A stretch of 64,000 bases of DNA from Octopus bimaculoides. Taxonomy: Eukaryota. The stretch spans positions 30,004,993 to 30,068,992 of the forward strand of contig NC_069000.1 of NCBI RefSeq assembly GCF_001194135.2. The letters are read 5' to 3'. Under the pieces are notes generated by a model, which saw only the letters and a program-made list of their open reading frames with translations, was not told the origin of the DNA and did no database searches. Of this stretch, positions 23,530 through 36,699 are shown piece by piece. The position numbers were made by a program, and so were the translations under genes. The first letter of the stretch is position 1. Every line of letters begins with the position of its first letter.

Positions 23530-24960
23530 TGAGAGCCGCCTTCAGCTGAAGAGTCTATCATAAAAACTGAGATTGACTACACGCTCTTCTGAAAAAGGTT
23601 GCACAAAGCTAGAATCATATACGTAGTGTTGGTCTGGATGTCAGAAACAAGTTCCTCTAGAAGCTGCCCGAATCTCCAGTTGGTATTTGCTCTCGGATCA
23701 TGTCACTCCCTGATTTGCTGACCAGAGATTAGTGCACATGCGCTCAATCTAGGTTCTCAACATAAAGAAGTATATGCTACTCTGAACCAATAATCTGATA
23801 ACCTATTCCTTTTGGATAACTTCACTGCTCGCATAAGCATAAATTCGACCGTCTGGAACTATGTAATTGGGAACTACGGTGTCGACTCGAATTCAAATGG
23901 GCCCCACCTTTCCTCTCAATATGCTAAATACTCACTATTACCAGTTCGATGTTTCAACCCCCAGCCAAACAGAAACCTACCTGGAAGTACCCACTGTCAA
24001 GAAATTGTTCTCTCTTCAAGGCCAGCTCAAGGCACCGGCAACTCGAGCAGTCGTCCAGGGCGTGACAAAGACAAAATTTCCACAACTGTCAGCTTGTACA
24101 CGACGAAGTTCAGCTATCCCGGGGCGCCAGCAACCCTAGGGCTGTCCCTGCATCTCCAGGATTATGTCATTGTTTGTTTCCGTGATATTCGCAATGTCTT
24201 TCTCACTGGAGTTACTAGAGGTGCAAACTATTGGATGAATCACTGCCTTGTTCGCTCCTTCCTCTGTTGTTTTACTTCGTGTATTTACAGGCAAAACATC
24301 CAAACCTCGTTTTCATGTAGCATCTCTAGCATATATTCTCAGGTGCTCTATTAAACAGCTTATGTGTGCGTGCACAAGAAAAAAAGCAGAAACCATTCTT
24401 GTCTTCTACTATCTGGGAAAAGCGTTTGGTATGTCAATGATTCTTCAACGCTTTGGCAGCTCAAACCACTTCACCTCACTAGTTAGAGCATAGGACGACG
24501 GTGTGTCAGGTTGTGTTTTTCATCAAAACAAACTTCCCGGATCAGTTTCCAATTACATGTGAACTGAATCAGGGTTGCGTTCTTGCACCTTGTACTTGTC
24601 CTTTCTTATATCTGCTTGCGATATTATTTTAACTTCCTCCCCAAGTAATCTAAGTTTTTATATCAGATACCAGTTTGATGGATTATTTAGCATTGCCAAA
24701 TTTCACACACATCGAAAATACAGAAATCAACCAGAAATCACCAGTACATATACTCGCTTTGGCGTGCTGTGAATATTAAGAAGATCGATCAATCGTTCTG
24801 ATTTCAATATTGTCATCTCTGATATATCTCCAGATAAAGTCGAACATATTCTCCAGATTGCAAGTCTTCTTTCTAATAACATTCTTTTACTTCGGAAAAG
24901 AATGTGGAACATGAAAACTAGTAAAACGAGTCTTTATGAACAAACATCCAATCCGAAGAA
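23530..24960 (+). mobile_element. Decayed RTE LINE (endonuclease plus part of RT)
   Basis: Peptides DNFTARISINSTVWNYVIGNYG, LQDYVIVCFRDIRNV...HCLVRSFL, ELNQGCVLAP, YIRYQFDGLFSIAK. Confidence 0.85.
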
Positions 24961-25239
24961 CTAAACTGATGGTTTATCACCATAACATTATTTTACGCTT
25001 GTGAAGCACGATGGAGAAAAAGGAAAAAAAAAAAAGTGTTTCCATTATCAAAAGTTCTGCGCCATCTGAAGCATATGTCCCAACCATTGTTGGTCAGAAC
25101 ATTTGATTAGAATCAAAGAAGAGATATCTTCATTAAACTTTCTTCAAGGAAGTAACAACTGGGAAAAGACTACGGGAATGGGTTTTTTTTGATGTTATAA
25201 ACACCAGCTGTAAAATCAGCCTCAAAATGGCATAAGTTC

Positions 25240-25890
25240 GCTCTACAACCATGCAGTACTTTGGGCAAGTGTCTTCTGCTATAGCGCCAGGCCAAGTGAA
25301 TTTCGTAGAGGGAAACTGTGTGGCAGCCCGTCGTACACACACACACGTCTGTGTGTGCGTTTTGTTCCTGTGCCCCACCCTAATCGCTTGATAACCGATG
25401 TCAGTTGTTTTTCGTCCTCGTAGCATAGCAGTTTGTCAAAAGTTACTGATAGAATAGATTAAAACTCTTGAAGGTGGTGTCTCAGCATGGTTACAGAACA
25501 ATGAATGAAACAAAAGATAAAATATATCCGCTTTTTTCTGTCATTAGACTGCGACTATACTGGGGCACTGCATTGAAGAATTTTTTAATCGAATTGAATC
25601 GACCCCAGTACTTATTTTAATTTTAAAAGCTTGGTACTTAGTCTATCAGCCTCTTTGCCGAACCGCTAGGTTACGGAGACGTAAACACACCAACACTGGT
25701 TGTCAAGCGGTGGTAGGGACATAGAGACGCACATAAATGCACACACACATATATATATACAGGCTTCTTTCGGTTTCCGTCCATGAAATCCACTCACAAG
25801 GCTCTTGTCGGTTCAAGGCTATAATAGAAGACACTTGCCCAAAGTGCAAAGCTGAATCCACGTGGTCAAGAAGCAACCTCGACCATACAG
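25240..25890. mobile_element. Two SINE family B copies tail-to-tail (25240-25520 on +, 25525-25890 on -)
   Basis: Both match the 59250 copy, in opposite orientations. Confidence 0.7.
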
Positions 25891-26639
25891 CCATGTTTTG
25901 AGCACTAAACAGAGCAAATAGTATTTACTATCTTGTTTTTTCTTCCTCGAGGGCTTATGCCTACAGGCGTCGGCCATCGTAAACGTCAATCCCCTCTTGC
26001 TTTTCATGGCAGGTCTTTTTGAAGCCAGCTGGTAAGGTCAGCCTTATTGATGTTTATCATCATGTTAACGCGGAGAGGTGACTGATTTATGCTAGTTAGA
26101 TTTGTTACTCTATTGTCCAATCGTGTTGTCAAAGGTCATTCTGTAGCTATTAATATTCTAATGAGGTAGCTATGTTGTGGCAAGAAAATATAGCAGTTAG
26201 GCAGTCCTTAATTGTTGCTCTTAATGAATGACCATTAATGCTGGAGACCGCACCCTTACCTTGTTCTAACTTACTGAATGTTCCCTCGGCAAATTGTGAT
26301 ATTTTCTTTGAATTAAGTTTTCGTAACCTGTCTTTTCTTTACTCTATCATACCTTATCTGTTCACCCTTCCAGCTTGTTGTTATTTAACATTGATAACCT
26401 GTTATTTATTTGAATTCTTAAATGGAAGCATCTTTAAAACAAAATCTAAGGAAATTAAATGTAGTAAAGACTGCGAATAATGATTAAAAAATTCTAAACC
26501 TAAAAACAATTTTGCCATTAGAACCTTTAGATTTCCTCTAGGATAAGAAGTGCGATCTGAACCAATCGAATTAAGCGTCAGTCGTTTGCAGCTGAGATCA
26601 AGGCATTTTAAATTTCTAGTTGAACAGCTGACACAAGTC

Positions 26640-26717
26640 GTTGTGTCCAGAAATAGTATGAACGCCATTTTGAATGTCACGGTCTACTAAAATTTGATTT
26701 CGACGTTTTCGGTAAGT
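26640..26717 (+). promoter_or_regulatory. Promoter-like element: YY1-type motif followed by a consensus splice donor
   Basis: CGCCATTTTG at 26663-26672 and CG|GTAAGT at 26712, inside a CpG-retaining island. Confidence 0.4.
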
Positions 26718-27113
26718 ATTTTAATGGATTTTCTCTGGTTTATTTAATCATCAAATGTACAATGATTCATGCGTATTTGATTTTGCAGATATTTCGTAGA
26801 ATTAGATTATAGATTGTGTGGAATTATTGGCTTAATTATAGACTTGTTTGTGTAAACATTGGATTGATTAAACCATTAGGTTAAGTCACGTCTACAAAGA
26901 TACATTGGCATGCATACTTTATATATTATATATATATATATATAATGACACGTGTAGAAATAGATATATTTCATTGTGAATCATGTGCACAAACAAAAAA
27001 ATAGACACGGAAGCAATTTTTTTATGTATATACGCACAGAGAAAAGAATTTCTTAACCTATGAAGAGGCAATTTCATACCCTACAAACATCGATACTCCC
27101 ACCACACACACAT

Positions 27114-27800
27114 TCCTAGTGTTTCTCCTCCATTCTCTTAGTTTTCCTTGGAATAGATTTTTCTACACAAATCTCGGATTTTTTTAAAGAATTATTTAAT
27201 ATTTCTCTAATTGTAAGGCTGTTTTTAAGTGTTTTATTTTTACGAAGTTGTAGTACCTATCGTAATAATTATTTAAAAAGTGAGCGTGTGTGTGTGGGGG
27301 GGGGGCGCCACTCAATTCTGTTTTCTTTTCTTTCCTTTCCAGTGCTTTAAGTCCATTACATCAGATAAGTAACCAATTGGTTTCGCACAAGATATTAAAT
27401 AATCAGATGATCATCTAATTGGTAAAATCATCTGTAATGTAGTATACTTTGATGAATGCCACTCTGTCGACAAATATACACGTGCCTACATTTTCTGATT
27501 CTGGATTATTAGACCACACATATATATTAGCGTACAAAACCTAACGAAGCACAGTTTTTAACAACTGCTGTCCTCTGAATTCGTAGTGTTTCTCCTCCAT
27601 TTTCTTAGTTTTCCTCGAGACAGATTATGGTACACAAATCTTGGACTTTTTTTCAAGAATTATTTAATATTTCTCTCATTGTAAGGCTGTTTTATTTTTG
27701 CAAAGTTTTGTAATACCAATCGTAATAGTTAAAAAAAAGTGTGTCTATGTGTGTGTGTGTGTGGGGGGGCACTCAATTCTGTATTATTTTCTTTCTCTGT
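27114..27800. repeat. Diverged direct duplication (27114-27335 and 27581-27798)
   Basis: Both copies read TAGTGTTTCTCCTCCATT..CTTAGTTTTCCT...TACACAAATCT.GGA...GAATTATTTAATATTTCTCT.ATTGTAAGGCTG...GTGTGTGGGGGGG..CACTCAATTCTGT. Confidence 0.85.
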
Positions 27801-28094
27801 TAGGTAGGAACAGCCTCTCCATACCTACCGTCTTCTTTTAATATACACAGAATCGTCAACTGTTATGTATACATACGTATATGTACCATCCTTTTTTTCC
27901 TCTTTAATTATTGTTATAACAAAAATTTCTGTAGAAAGATAGGTCAAACTAGAGGGTTTCCCACCGGGTCAAACCCTCTAGTTTGACCGAAAGATACGCT
28001 TTGCAATTATCGTAGGTAAATTGGCTTTTTTGTAAAAAGAAAATATTAAATAAATTTACATTGTGTAATTCTGAAATGTTTTGAAGTAGAGGAA

Positions 28095-28300
28095 ACGCTG
28101 TTTGGTTCCAGGTCCTGAGGTCAGCCTTCACCAGCCTGTCCCTTGTCTTTCTGGTTTCCCCCCTTCTGCAAGCTCCAATCCACATCATCAGCACTTTATA
28201 TAGCTGGCCTCATCCATACACATCACATGTCCACACCAGTGCACTCTTTTCCCCTGTACACTACATCTGATTCTTCTTATGCTTGGTTTTCCTCTCAACA
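28095..28300 (-). mobile_element. RTE LINE 3' coding fragment
   Basis: Peptides VHWCGHVMCMDEASYIKC and RRGETRKTRDRLVKADL. Confidence 0.75.
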
Positions 28301-28309
28301 TATTTGTAC

Positions 28310-28640
28310 TATATTGTTCATGTATGGCTGCGACCACGAGCCATATGTCCCCTGCCCAATTCAGGATCACAATATATAGGTACATTGCGGCATAATTTCT
28401 TTTCCTCAACAGGCCCTGCCCTGTTTAACATTGTCCCGAAACAGATCCTATCAGCTTTAAACGGAGTCTAGACAGCTTTCTTCAAAGAATGCCAGACAAG
28501 CCACCCATACCTGGATACAACTCACTCAACAAGAACTCACTACTTCGATGGACCATAGACAAAACTTGACTGTAAAAAGGATTTAGATAATCCTATCAGG
28601 TGGTGCTATTAAGTTAGACATGGCCTGGACCAATCTTTGG
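28310..28640 (+). mobile_element. CR1/L2-like LINE 3' end
   Basis: Peptides LRHNFFSSTGPALFNIVP and FKRSLDSFLQRMPDKPPIPGY. Confidence 0.7.
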
Positions 28641-29257
28641 TCGAAACATATCTATGTTTTTATACTTACATTGAACAGTCTGCTCAAGTCCTCTGCATTC
28701 AAGGCCCATGTCTCACTACCATGCAGCATTGTTATTCTAACAAGTATCTTATAATCTGTATTTCACTCTGTGGGAAAAGACTTTTATTGCCAACAGTAGT
28801 TTGTAAAGCCCTGAACTTTTCCCAACCATTTCTTACTTTCAGCAAAAATTAGTATACTAAAAAAAAAGTATACTTTCTGAGCAACCATCTCCCCTGCTAA
28901 TTACATCTCCTAGGTTAATAAATGCTATTGACCACTTCTAGTGAGGCATCTGGACATTGAGGAGAATCTATTTCTAGTGTGCTCGTAGTATGAACTGATT
29001 CACTATGCTTGTCACACATGAAGCTTTACTCAAAAAATTTTTTAACTTGGGAATTGAAACCAAATTTACCCTCTCATTATTTTATTGATAATGATGGTAA
29101 AAAGATTGGAGATTCAGATTAGATAACAGTTTTTTGATAGGTATTTCTCTTGTATAGAAAATCATGTACTTGAATATACTCAATTTTTGCTGAAATGGCT
29201 ATCAGCAATTTTTAGACAAAGTGCCTCCTATCTTAACATTAACTTTTGAACCTATTC

Positions 29258-29490
29258 ATCATCATTTAACGTTTATTTTCTATACTGGCATGGGTGGGAT
29301 GGTTTGACCAGAGCAGGTGAGCTGGAGAACTGCCCCTGGTTCCAGCCTGATTTGGTTTGGTTTCTACAGCTGGATGGCCTTCCTAACACCAACCACTTTA
29401 CAGTGTGTGCTGGGTGCTTTTTATGTGGCACTGGCACAGGCGCTATTACATAGCACTGGTACCACTAGTGCCAACGTGGGTGCTTTTACA
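29258..29490 (-). mobile_element. RTE 3'-tail element
   Basis: CATCATCATTTAACG...GGTTTCTACAGCTGGATG family. Further copies at about 11700-12005, 46985-47245, 50620-50810 and 54710-55030. Confidence 0.7.
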
Positions 29491-29639
29491 TGACTCCAGA
29501 ACAGGGGCTTTTGCAGGCCCATCCTCTGCAGTAGAGGGAGCAGCATTAACAATTCTGCTGTGGAGGATGGGTCAAAATTTAATGATTTGAAACTGAAGCA
29601 GAGTTATGGTTGTGGCAATATCTCTACTGTCTTAAGGAG

Positions 29640-29852
29640 TCAAGCTGGCAGAAATGTTAGCACGCCAGGCAAAATACTCAGCGGTATTTCATCTGTCTTT
29701 GTGTTCTGAGTTCAAATTCTGCCGAGGTTGACTTTGCCTTTCATCCTTACAGAGTCGATAAATTAAGTACCAGTTGTGTACTGGGGTCGATCTAATCAAC
29801 TGCCCCCCTCCTCCTCCCAAATTTCGGGCCTTGTGCCTAGAGTAGAAAAGAA
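29640..29852 (+). mobile_element. tRNA-derived SINE family A
   Basis: AGCTGGCAGAAATGTTAGCACGCC A-box head and GAGTTCAAATTC B box. Confidence 0.85.
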
Positions 29853-32800
29853 TATCTCTACTGTCTTCAGATATAAATAGCATACTAGCTGAATCTCTTT
29901 GTTTACTAATTAAACACTCTGTTCTTTTTTTGTCCTTTTTACTATTTTACACTAAGTGAGTTATTTTACATGTTTCATGTTTATCTGAAATAAAGCTATT
30001 TACTTAAATAGAACAGATGTATTGCAGCAAACAAATAGTCTCATTAGAAACATCAGAACACTTCTTCATGAACTCCATTGATTGCATGCAACATATCGAG
30101 ATGATACAATACAAGCATACCTAAAAAAGTGTACCCCCACCCCTTCGGACTTTGTTTCTTCATAACTTGAAAAAAAAATAGAAATTTTTAAAATGAAATT
30201 ATCAACATATACAGTGGGACTGAACCTACAAACATGTAATTGAAAAGCAACATACATACAAGAAAAAAGTGTAATAACAGCTTGTCCAACACCATGCCAC
30301 CAGTTTTCATAGATCTATGATTTAAAAGAAGAGGTGAATCAATTTCCACAAAGTCAAGAGCTCAGACACTTATAGTAACTGAAAGATTGACCACCTTACT
30401 AGATTTCACCAGTGCTCTTTTATCAAGCCAGAACCTTCACAGCTTTTTGATTACTGTTACAGATTTTGTATTTTTTTAAAATTTTATTCCAGCTTTTATC
30501 ACATTTGGTATACCAATTTAGTTTTGTATGCTGATTATGAAAATGAAATTTGTTTTTGCCATAAATTAATAAATAAAAAGTTGATGGCTTTTAAAGATTG
30601 CAAAATTTGGATAACTTTAGTCAATCAAAAGCAACCATTATGCACATGACCATAAACCTAACATTGGTATCTGTTTCTATAGCAACAAGCAAAGCTGCAA
30701 TCTGATACTTTCACCACCAATAGTTTTGACAGGTGATATCATTTTGTACCTCTGAGACAGACAGCTATAATGCAGAAAATACTGGCTTCCAATTCCTGTT
30801 TTCTGATTGGACTAAAAATTATCAAACCTTGAACCTCTAGCATTCAATTTATATCATAGCTCTGAGACTTCTATCATGTTATTGTCTATTTTTAGCATGA
30901 TATTGTTAGGGTAGGTGTGAGAGGCCAGATCTGGCCGGTTTGAATATAAAACAGAATATTTTGGCCGGATATGGCCAATTTAAACATCAAAGAGTTAAAT
31001 AAATTCCAAATTTGAATTCAGCATAAAAGATTACATCACTATACAATATTTGAAAATTTTTACTTAATTTTAAAATTCCCAAATTTGTGACAGCAACTGA
31101 CTAAACTTAAAGTCTTTATTCCTTCCGTTCAGAGTTCCAAGAAGCACTTCTAACCACAATTCTCCAGTAATTGCATGAGTACAAGCAGAGTCTGACAATG
31201 CCATGCCAAATATCTCTTTCACAAAAGTGGATATTGATCAGTGAATCTGATCAATATGGAATTCAACATGGAATAAAAATCACATATTGCAGACTTCATG
31301 ACAAGATTAACATCTTTTATATTAACCTCTGGCAAAACATTTCATGATCTTAACACCCCTGTTTGTGGGATCTGACCTTCTACCCACAAACAGATTGACA
31401 GTTGCCTCTTTCGCTATAAAATTGTTTGTGTCCTCCTGTATCAATCTTATATAGCAGTTAAAGTTTAGAGTCTCTGGTTAATACTTCACAGCTGGTACAA
31501 CTCACTTGAAATATCTCTAATTACCATCTTGCAGAGTGCCTTTGATGCATTCACAAGTTAGATGAGAACATGTAGCATATGCTAGCTTTTCATTTTTTCT
31601 TTTTTCTAAATTGCTAATATCGTTAAGTACAAAAAAAGTGCCTAACAACTTGCAAAAAACAATTCTGAATTGTGATAATTTTTGTAAAAGAAATTCTTCC
31701 CAAACAAGCAAGTCATTCAAGCTTAAGCTTCTTTTGTAAGAACAGAATTCATCAAAAGACATGTAAGCTCTCCCATTTCCATCATAAAGGTAAATTTTAT
31801 CAAGCTTGCCTGTATCAAGTTTAGCCTAATGTCTGCATCAATATCAGCAAGTGCTAAGTTAAATAAATATTCATGTATGTTAAGAGGCAATGCAATGCAA
31901 ACTGATCACATTTTTAGAGCTTGTTTCTATTCAATATATAGGTCTTCATTAGACAAAATCAGTGGTTATTTCCTAAAATTTACTTTTGAATCCAAATGTA
32001 CCACAGTAAACTGCACAAGAAACCATATTTCCCATCATACTAGAATCAATGACAATTACTGCCTTCATGAAATGCTTCTAACTCCTCACATTATATCAGT
32101 TATTTGTTCATTTTGAATGTTCAGTGATAACAGACACCATCTTCCTCTATGATTCACTATGATCTATACCAGTGGCTGGGGTTCATATGACCCCTGGGGA
32201 TCCACCACACAAGCAAAATACCAAATTGGGGATCCACAGTAGTTTATTAAGGGTCCATGAAAAAATTTTGATTTAGATGTATTTATTGCAAGGAACAGCT
32301 AGTTTTCGTTCCCTAATATTTTACATAGTTCAGTCTACACAAGTTAATGTGCTAAAAGGAAAACAGGAATTTCGAAAGAAGTATCTAATAAAACCAGTTT
32401 TTAAATATCAAATGGCTATGGGGGTCCACCAGAATAAAATAGTAAACAAAGGAGTTCATACATAGGTAATGGTTGAGAACATCTGACCTATACCAAGCCA
32501 ACAACACGTTGACCTTGCTGATATATTTAAAAAGAAGGCAATCTAACATCAACAAGTGAACATTATTCATATTACTCACAGAGATATTTGGCTCAATCAG
32601 AATTGTTTGATAACTAGCAAAAATTTAGGCAGACTGCCAAGACAAAAATTGCAGAATTTGATCTGTACAGGTGTATACATGTCTGAAATCTTTAAAAACT
32701 CCAGTATTACAATAAAGCAAATCAGTATGTCCAGAGTTGTATTTAAAACTAGTCTAGGAGATCTTCGTAAATTCTGATTTTACTAGAGCTCACAAAATAA

Positions 32801-33204
32801 CACTATAGTGTACATGACAACTAATAAGAGTCTGATAAATGTTTAGTAGAACATGTCTAAGTATATAATTATTGAGCACTTATAGATTAGATTAACACGT
32901 GGTTTCTATTTAAGATTATTAATGACAGAATTTAAACTGATCAACATGATGTTACAATCAAATTCAAGCTGTTGGATTGAGTCTCTGGAAATGTATTTCT
33001 GATGAGAACAAATGAATGTGTATTTTGTATTTATGACACTAAGACAAAGCCTATTTCCCTTTAACCAACTCGATACCTCATAAGTTCATTGCTAATACTC
33101 TTTGTATTTGCCCTATTCAAGTCTAAAAGCAAAGAAAAAAAGAACAGCGAATGATTAAATAAAATCAAATAATTTTGAAGACGTGGATATGTAATGTATA
33201 TAGC

Positions 33205-33570
33205 TGCAGGCATGGCTGTGTGGTAAGAAGCTTCCTTTTCAACTACATGGCCTTGAGTTCAGCCCCACTATGTGGCACCTTGGGCAAGTATCTACTATAA
33301 CCTCAAGCTGACCAAAGCCTTGTGAGTGGATTTAGTAGACATATATATATACATGCGTGTATATATATGTGTGTGTGTATATGTGTGTGTGCATATATGT
33401 GTGTTTGTCCCCACCACCACCACTTGACAACCGGTGTCAATGTGCTTACATTCCCCAACAAAAGAGACTGGTTGAATAAGTACCAGACTTTATAAAAAAT
33501 AAGCACTGGGGTTGATAAGTTCAACTAAAATTCTTCAAGGCAGTCTAATGACTGAAATAAGTAGAAGATA
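33205..33570 (+). mobile_element. SINE family B
   Basis: GCAGGCATGGCTGTGTGGTAAGAAG head, internal (TA/TG)n, 3' GGGGTTGAT..CAACTAAAA. Confidence 0.8.
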
Positions 33571-33939
33571 GATAATTACAGGGATCCTAGGGAGAGTATT
33601 GGGGAACCTCAATAAAGAGATTTAGATGACAAGTGACCATTGCACTCAAGAAACTTATCGGGAATTATTATCAAGATTATCTCATTAATATGAGATAATC
33701 ATGGAACATTTGTTGTTTCATTTTTAATTCTTCTTCACCTTTTATCTTACATTCAAACTCCATCCCCACCACCCTCCCTTCTGAAATGTAAGTAGTCACA
33801 TTACTCCTCTACAACAAGAAACTCATTCTCTCTACTTTTTACCCTCCTAGCATGATTTACTTCAAAACAATCAACACACTGATATACAAATGAATCATAA
33901 TAAACACGTTAAAAATAATCAAAATACTTTTGAGAATAA

Positions 33940-34006
33940 AAGAAAATGGAGGCGGGAGACATGTTTAGGAGAAAAACTGGACACCAAGTGGAGTTTGATT
34001 GAAAAG
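33940..34006 (+). promoter_or_regulatory. Candidate non-coding first exon / TSS region of the TATDN2-like gene
   Basis: Sits at the left edge of a CpG-retaining zone (34-39 kb). YY1-like AAAATGGAGGCG near 33944 and donor AAAAG|GTAGGT at 34007. The left boundary is approximate. Confidence 0.35.
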
Positions 34007-36369
34007 GTAGGTTGTACGACCTTTATCGATAACTAACAGCTATTGATTATTTAAAATCTACCACTGAAACAGTAAATTGTTGTAGGTAGGCAGCTGTTAT
34101 TGAATACCTAACCTTAACACATCTATATTTATAATTTCGGCTGTTTTCTCCAACCGGAAGCAGGCTTATCGACATCAATTCATAGTTTCAGCTATTACAG
34201 AAGACCGTCTGATGTTAAAGATACTCACGCTGGAAATACATATAGAACAAATAAGTGTTAAAATATATAAAAGCAATGTTTTTATGGTAACCAGCTTTAC
34301 CAACCAATCAATCATTCGTCCTTAATAATCGATTGGATAAAAACATAAAAACCTTTTGAAACACAAAAAAGCCATATAAACGATTTCTGTAAAAAGCCTT
34401 TAAGTGTTTTGTTCTAAGGAACCTTACGTATATTAACCGTGCGAAGGCAAAAGCATCGGATAAAATGCCTTCTGATATTCGGTTACGTTCTGAGTTCAAA
34501 TTTCGTCAAAGGCTGAAGCTTTGCCTTTTATTCTTTCATGGCTTACAAAACTATAGTCCCTCCCATTCAAGTATTGTAGTCGATTTAACTGACTTACACA
34601 AAATTTCTGGCTTTGTGCCTGTGTAAGATATTAAGCATTGTCGCGTAGCCGAAGGCTAGATTTTTTTCTTTTGATTAGTTTGTGTTACATTAATAACATT
34701 CATTCTCTTCTTCCTTGTTGGGGCTTATTTGCATAAAATCAGATCTTCGTTTCTTCCAGATTCCCATAATTGTCAGCGTACGGAACACATCCCTAATGTA
34801 CAAGTATATTTTGTAGAAGAAAGCAAGTTTAGTAGGTTTCATCATACACGTATTGACAGATGTTTAAAGTGGTTTCGTTGAAAGAAATGTGTCTGATTCA
34901 TTGCATGTAGATACAATACCGTGACAGTATACAGGAATAAAATAAGAAAATCATAAGATGATCCTACATAAACTACGTTATATAATTTAAATTCAATTTT
35001 ATCTTCGTTTAGATAAACTGTATAGTTTATTATTTTACTCACGAGAATTGCCTCACAGGATGTAAAAACTTGTATTTTTGGCCGGTGTTGTGTTACCAGG
35101 GTGAAACAGTACCGCTATGATTTTGCTGTCATCCACTTATTGCATACAGCTGAGAGGTGGATGAAAGTTTAGTTTCCTTTCATCTTTCTGGGAAAATTTT
35201 AATTATCTAAACGAAAATTCTCTCGAAGATGAAAGGAAACTTCCTTCAGACCCAACAAGTTACAAAAAAAAAAAAAAATCAAACATCTGAAGTCCGCTTT
35301 AATTGGACAGATTTATGATTAAAGACAGTCCAGCTCTGACCTTTCCGTCTTTTTTCCACGCATAGTATATTGTAGATGCAGTTTAGTGAATATTCGTTTC
35401 TCAATCACAAGGTCCAGAGTTTGATCTAAGACATCTTAGGCAAATATCTCTTTCTTTACGGGTTGGGCTCAATGTATGCCTTGTGAATGAAACTGGGTGG
35501 ATAGAAACTGCGTGTGGAACCCCGTCAGGTGTGTTGGACTTGTAATTTAAAGATTCGATCTTGTCTCGCTGATTCTGTCCCAAAATTACATTAAGGACAC
35601 TCATGTTTGTGGAATACACATCCACATACAAGCTAATTCAAAGAATTTGGTAGTTGATCGAACAACTGGAAACTCGTGGTTGGAGATTGGACCAAGATCT
35701 ATTTTATTTCGGGCCTGTCTATTTATACTTTCTACCTCGGATTACATTTTCCAACGTGTCCTTCTTTTTATCAAATAGGTAAGACGTGATGACAGAGAGA
35801 TTTATCTGTTATTTCTAGTAAATTGAACTACCATAGAAAGGGACGCTTCCTTGTCTGGTCAACTTTGTGCAAACCTTTGAAGAAACCTTCCATCGATGGC
35901 CATTTGCATCATTTGGTATATTCAAGAACTGCATTATCCAATGCGTCCTTCCTTCCTTTAAAATTTAAAACGGTTGGGTGTGGTTTGAGAGAAATTTGAC
36001 TGCTATTTCTAGCAGATCGAGCGAACTCTTTAATAGCTCTCACATTGGTTTGTGCTAAGGGCATGTTTAAGGGGTAAAATGTGGACGGCAATGACATTGT
36101 GTGTGCTGCAGGTACTGGGTGACATATCGCTTATGATTGGGATACATCTGTACTGACATCAAGACGTGTGTAAAAGGAGTTTTATAACCGCATTTGTTTA
36201 CCAAAATATTCAAATTTTTGTTGAAGCCTAAAGACCCCTGCTGTGCTTGTTTCGTTTACCTTACCCCTTCTGATGACACATATAGACAAGATACACAATA
36301 CCCTTTTCTGAGCGAAAGAGAATTGTTACCATTTTTGGTAGCATATGTCTTGCCATCATCTTTGTATAT

Positions 36370-36432
<63 letters not shown>

Positions 36433-36699
36433 NNNNNNNNNNNNNNNNNNNNNNNNNNNNNNNNNNNNNNNNNNNNNNNNNNNNNNNNNNNNNNNNNNNN
36501 NNNNNNNNNNNNNNNNNNNNNNNNNNNNNNNNNNNNNNNNNNNNNNNNNNNNNNNNNNNNNNNNNNNNNNNNNNNNNNNNNNNNNNNNNNNNNNNNNNNN
36601 NNNNNNNNNNNNNNNNNNNNNNNCCCCCCCCCCAACTACATTATTTACTTTCTTTGTCTTTCACTCCTCTCTCCTGTTTTCTCCTGTTACTCTTGCTAA

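Noticed and set aside
26402-26680. 92-aa minus-strand ORF starting near AAAATGGCG
   Set aside because: The ATG belongs to a YY1-like motif and the peptide has no recognisable features. Treated as promoter sequence.
31517-31762. 81-aa minus-strand ORF (MSFDEFCSYK...)
   Set aside because: In-frame stop 22 codons upstream, no convincing splice context, no recognisable motif.
32580-32682. Minus-strand exon-like segment (AG...GTGAGT)
   Set aside because: Stops in all three frames and no supporting partner exons.
34221-34250. Minus-strand TTTCCAG-C-GTGAGT, resembling a 1-nt microexon
   Set aside because: No flanking coding exons identified. More likely chance or an ordinary donor.
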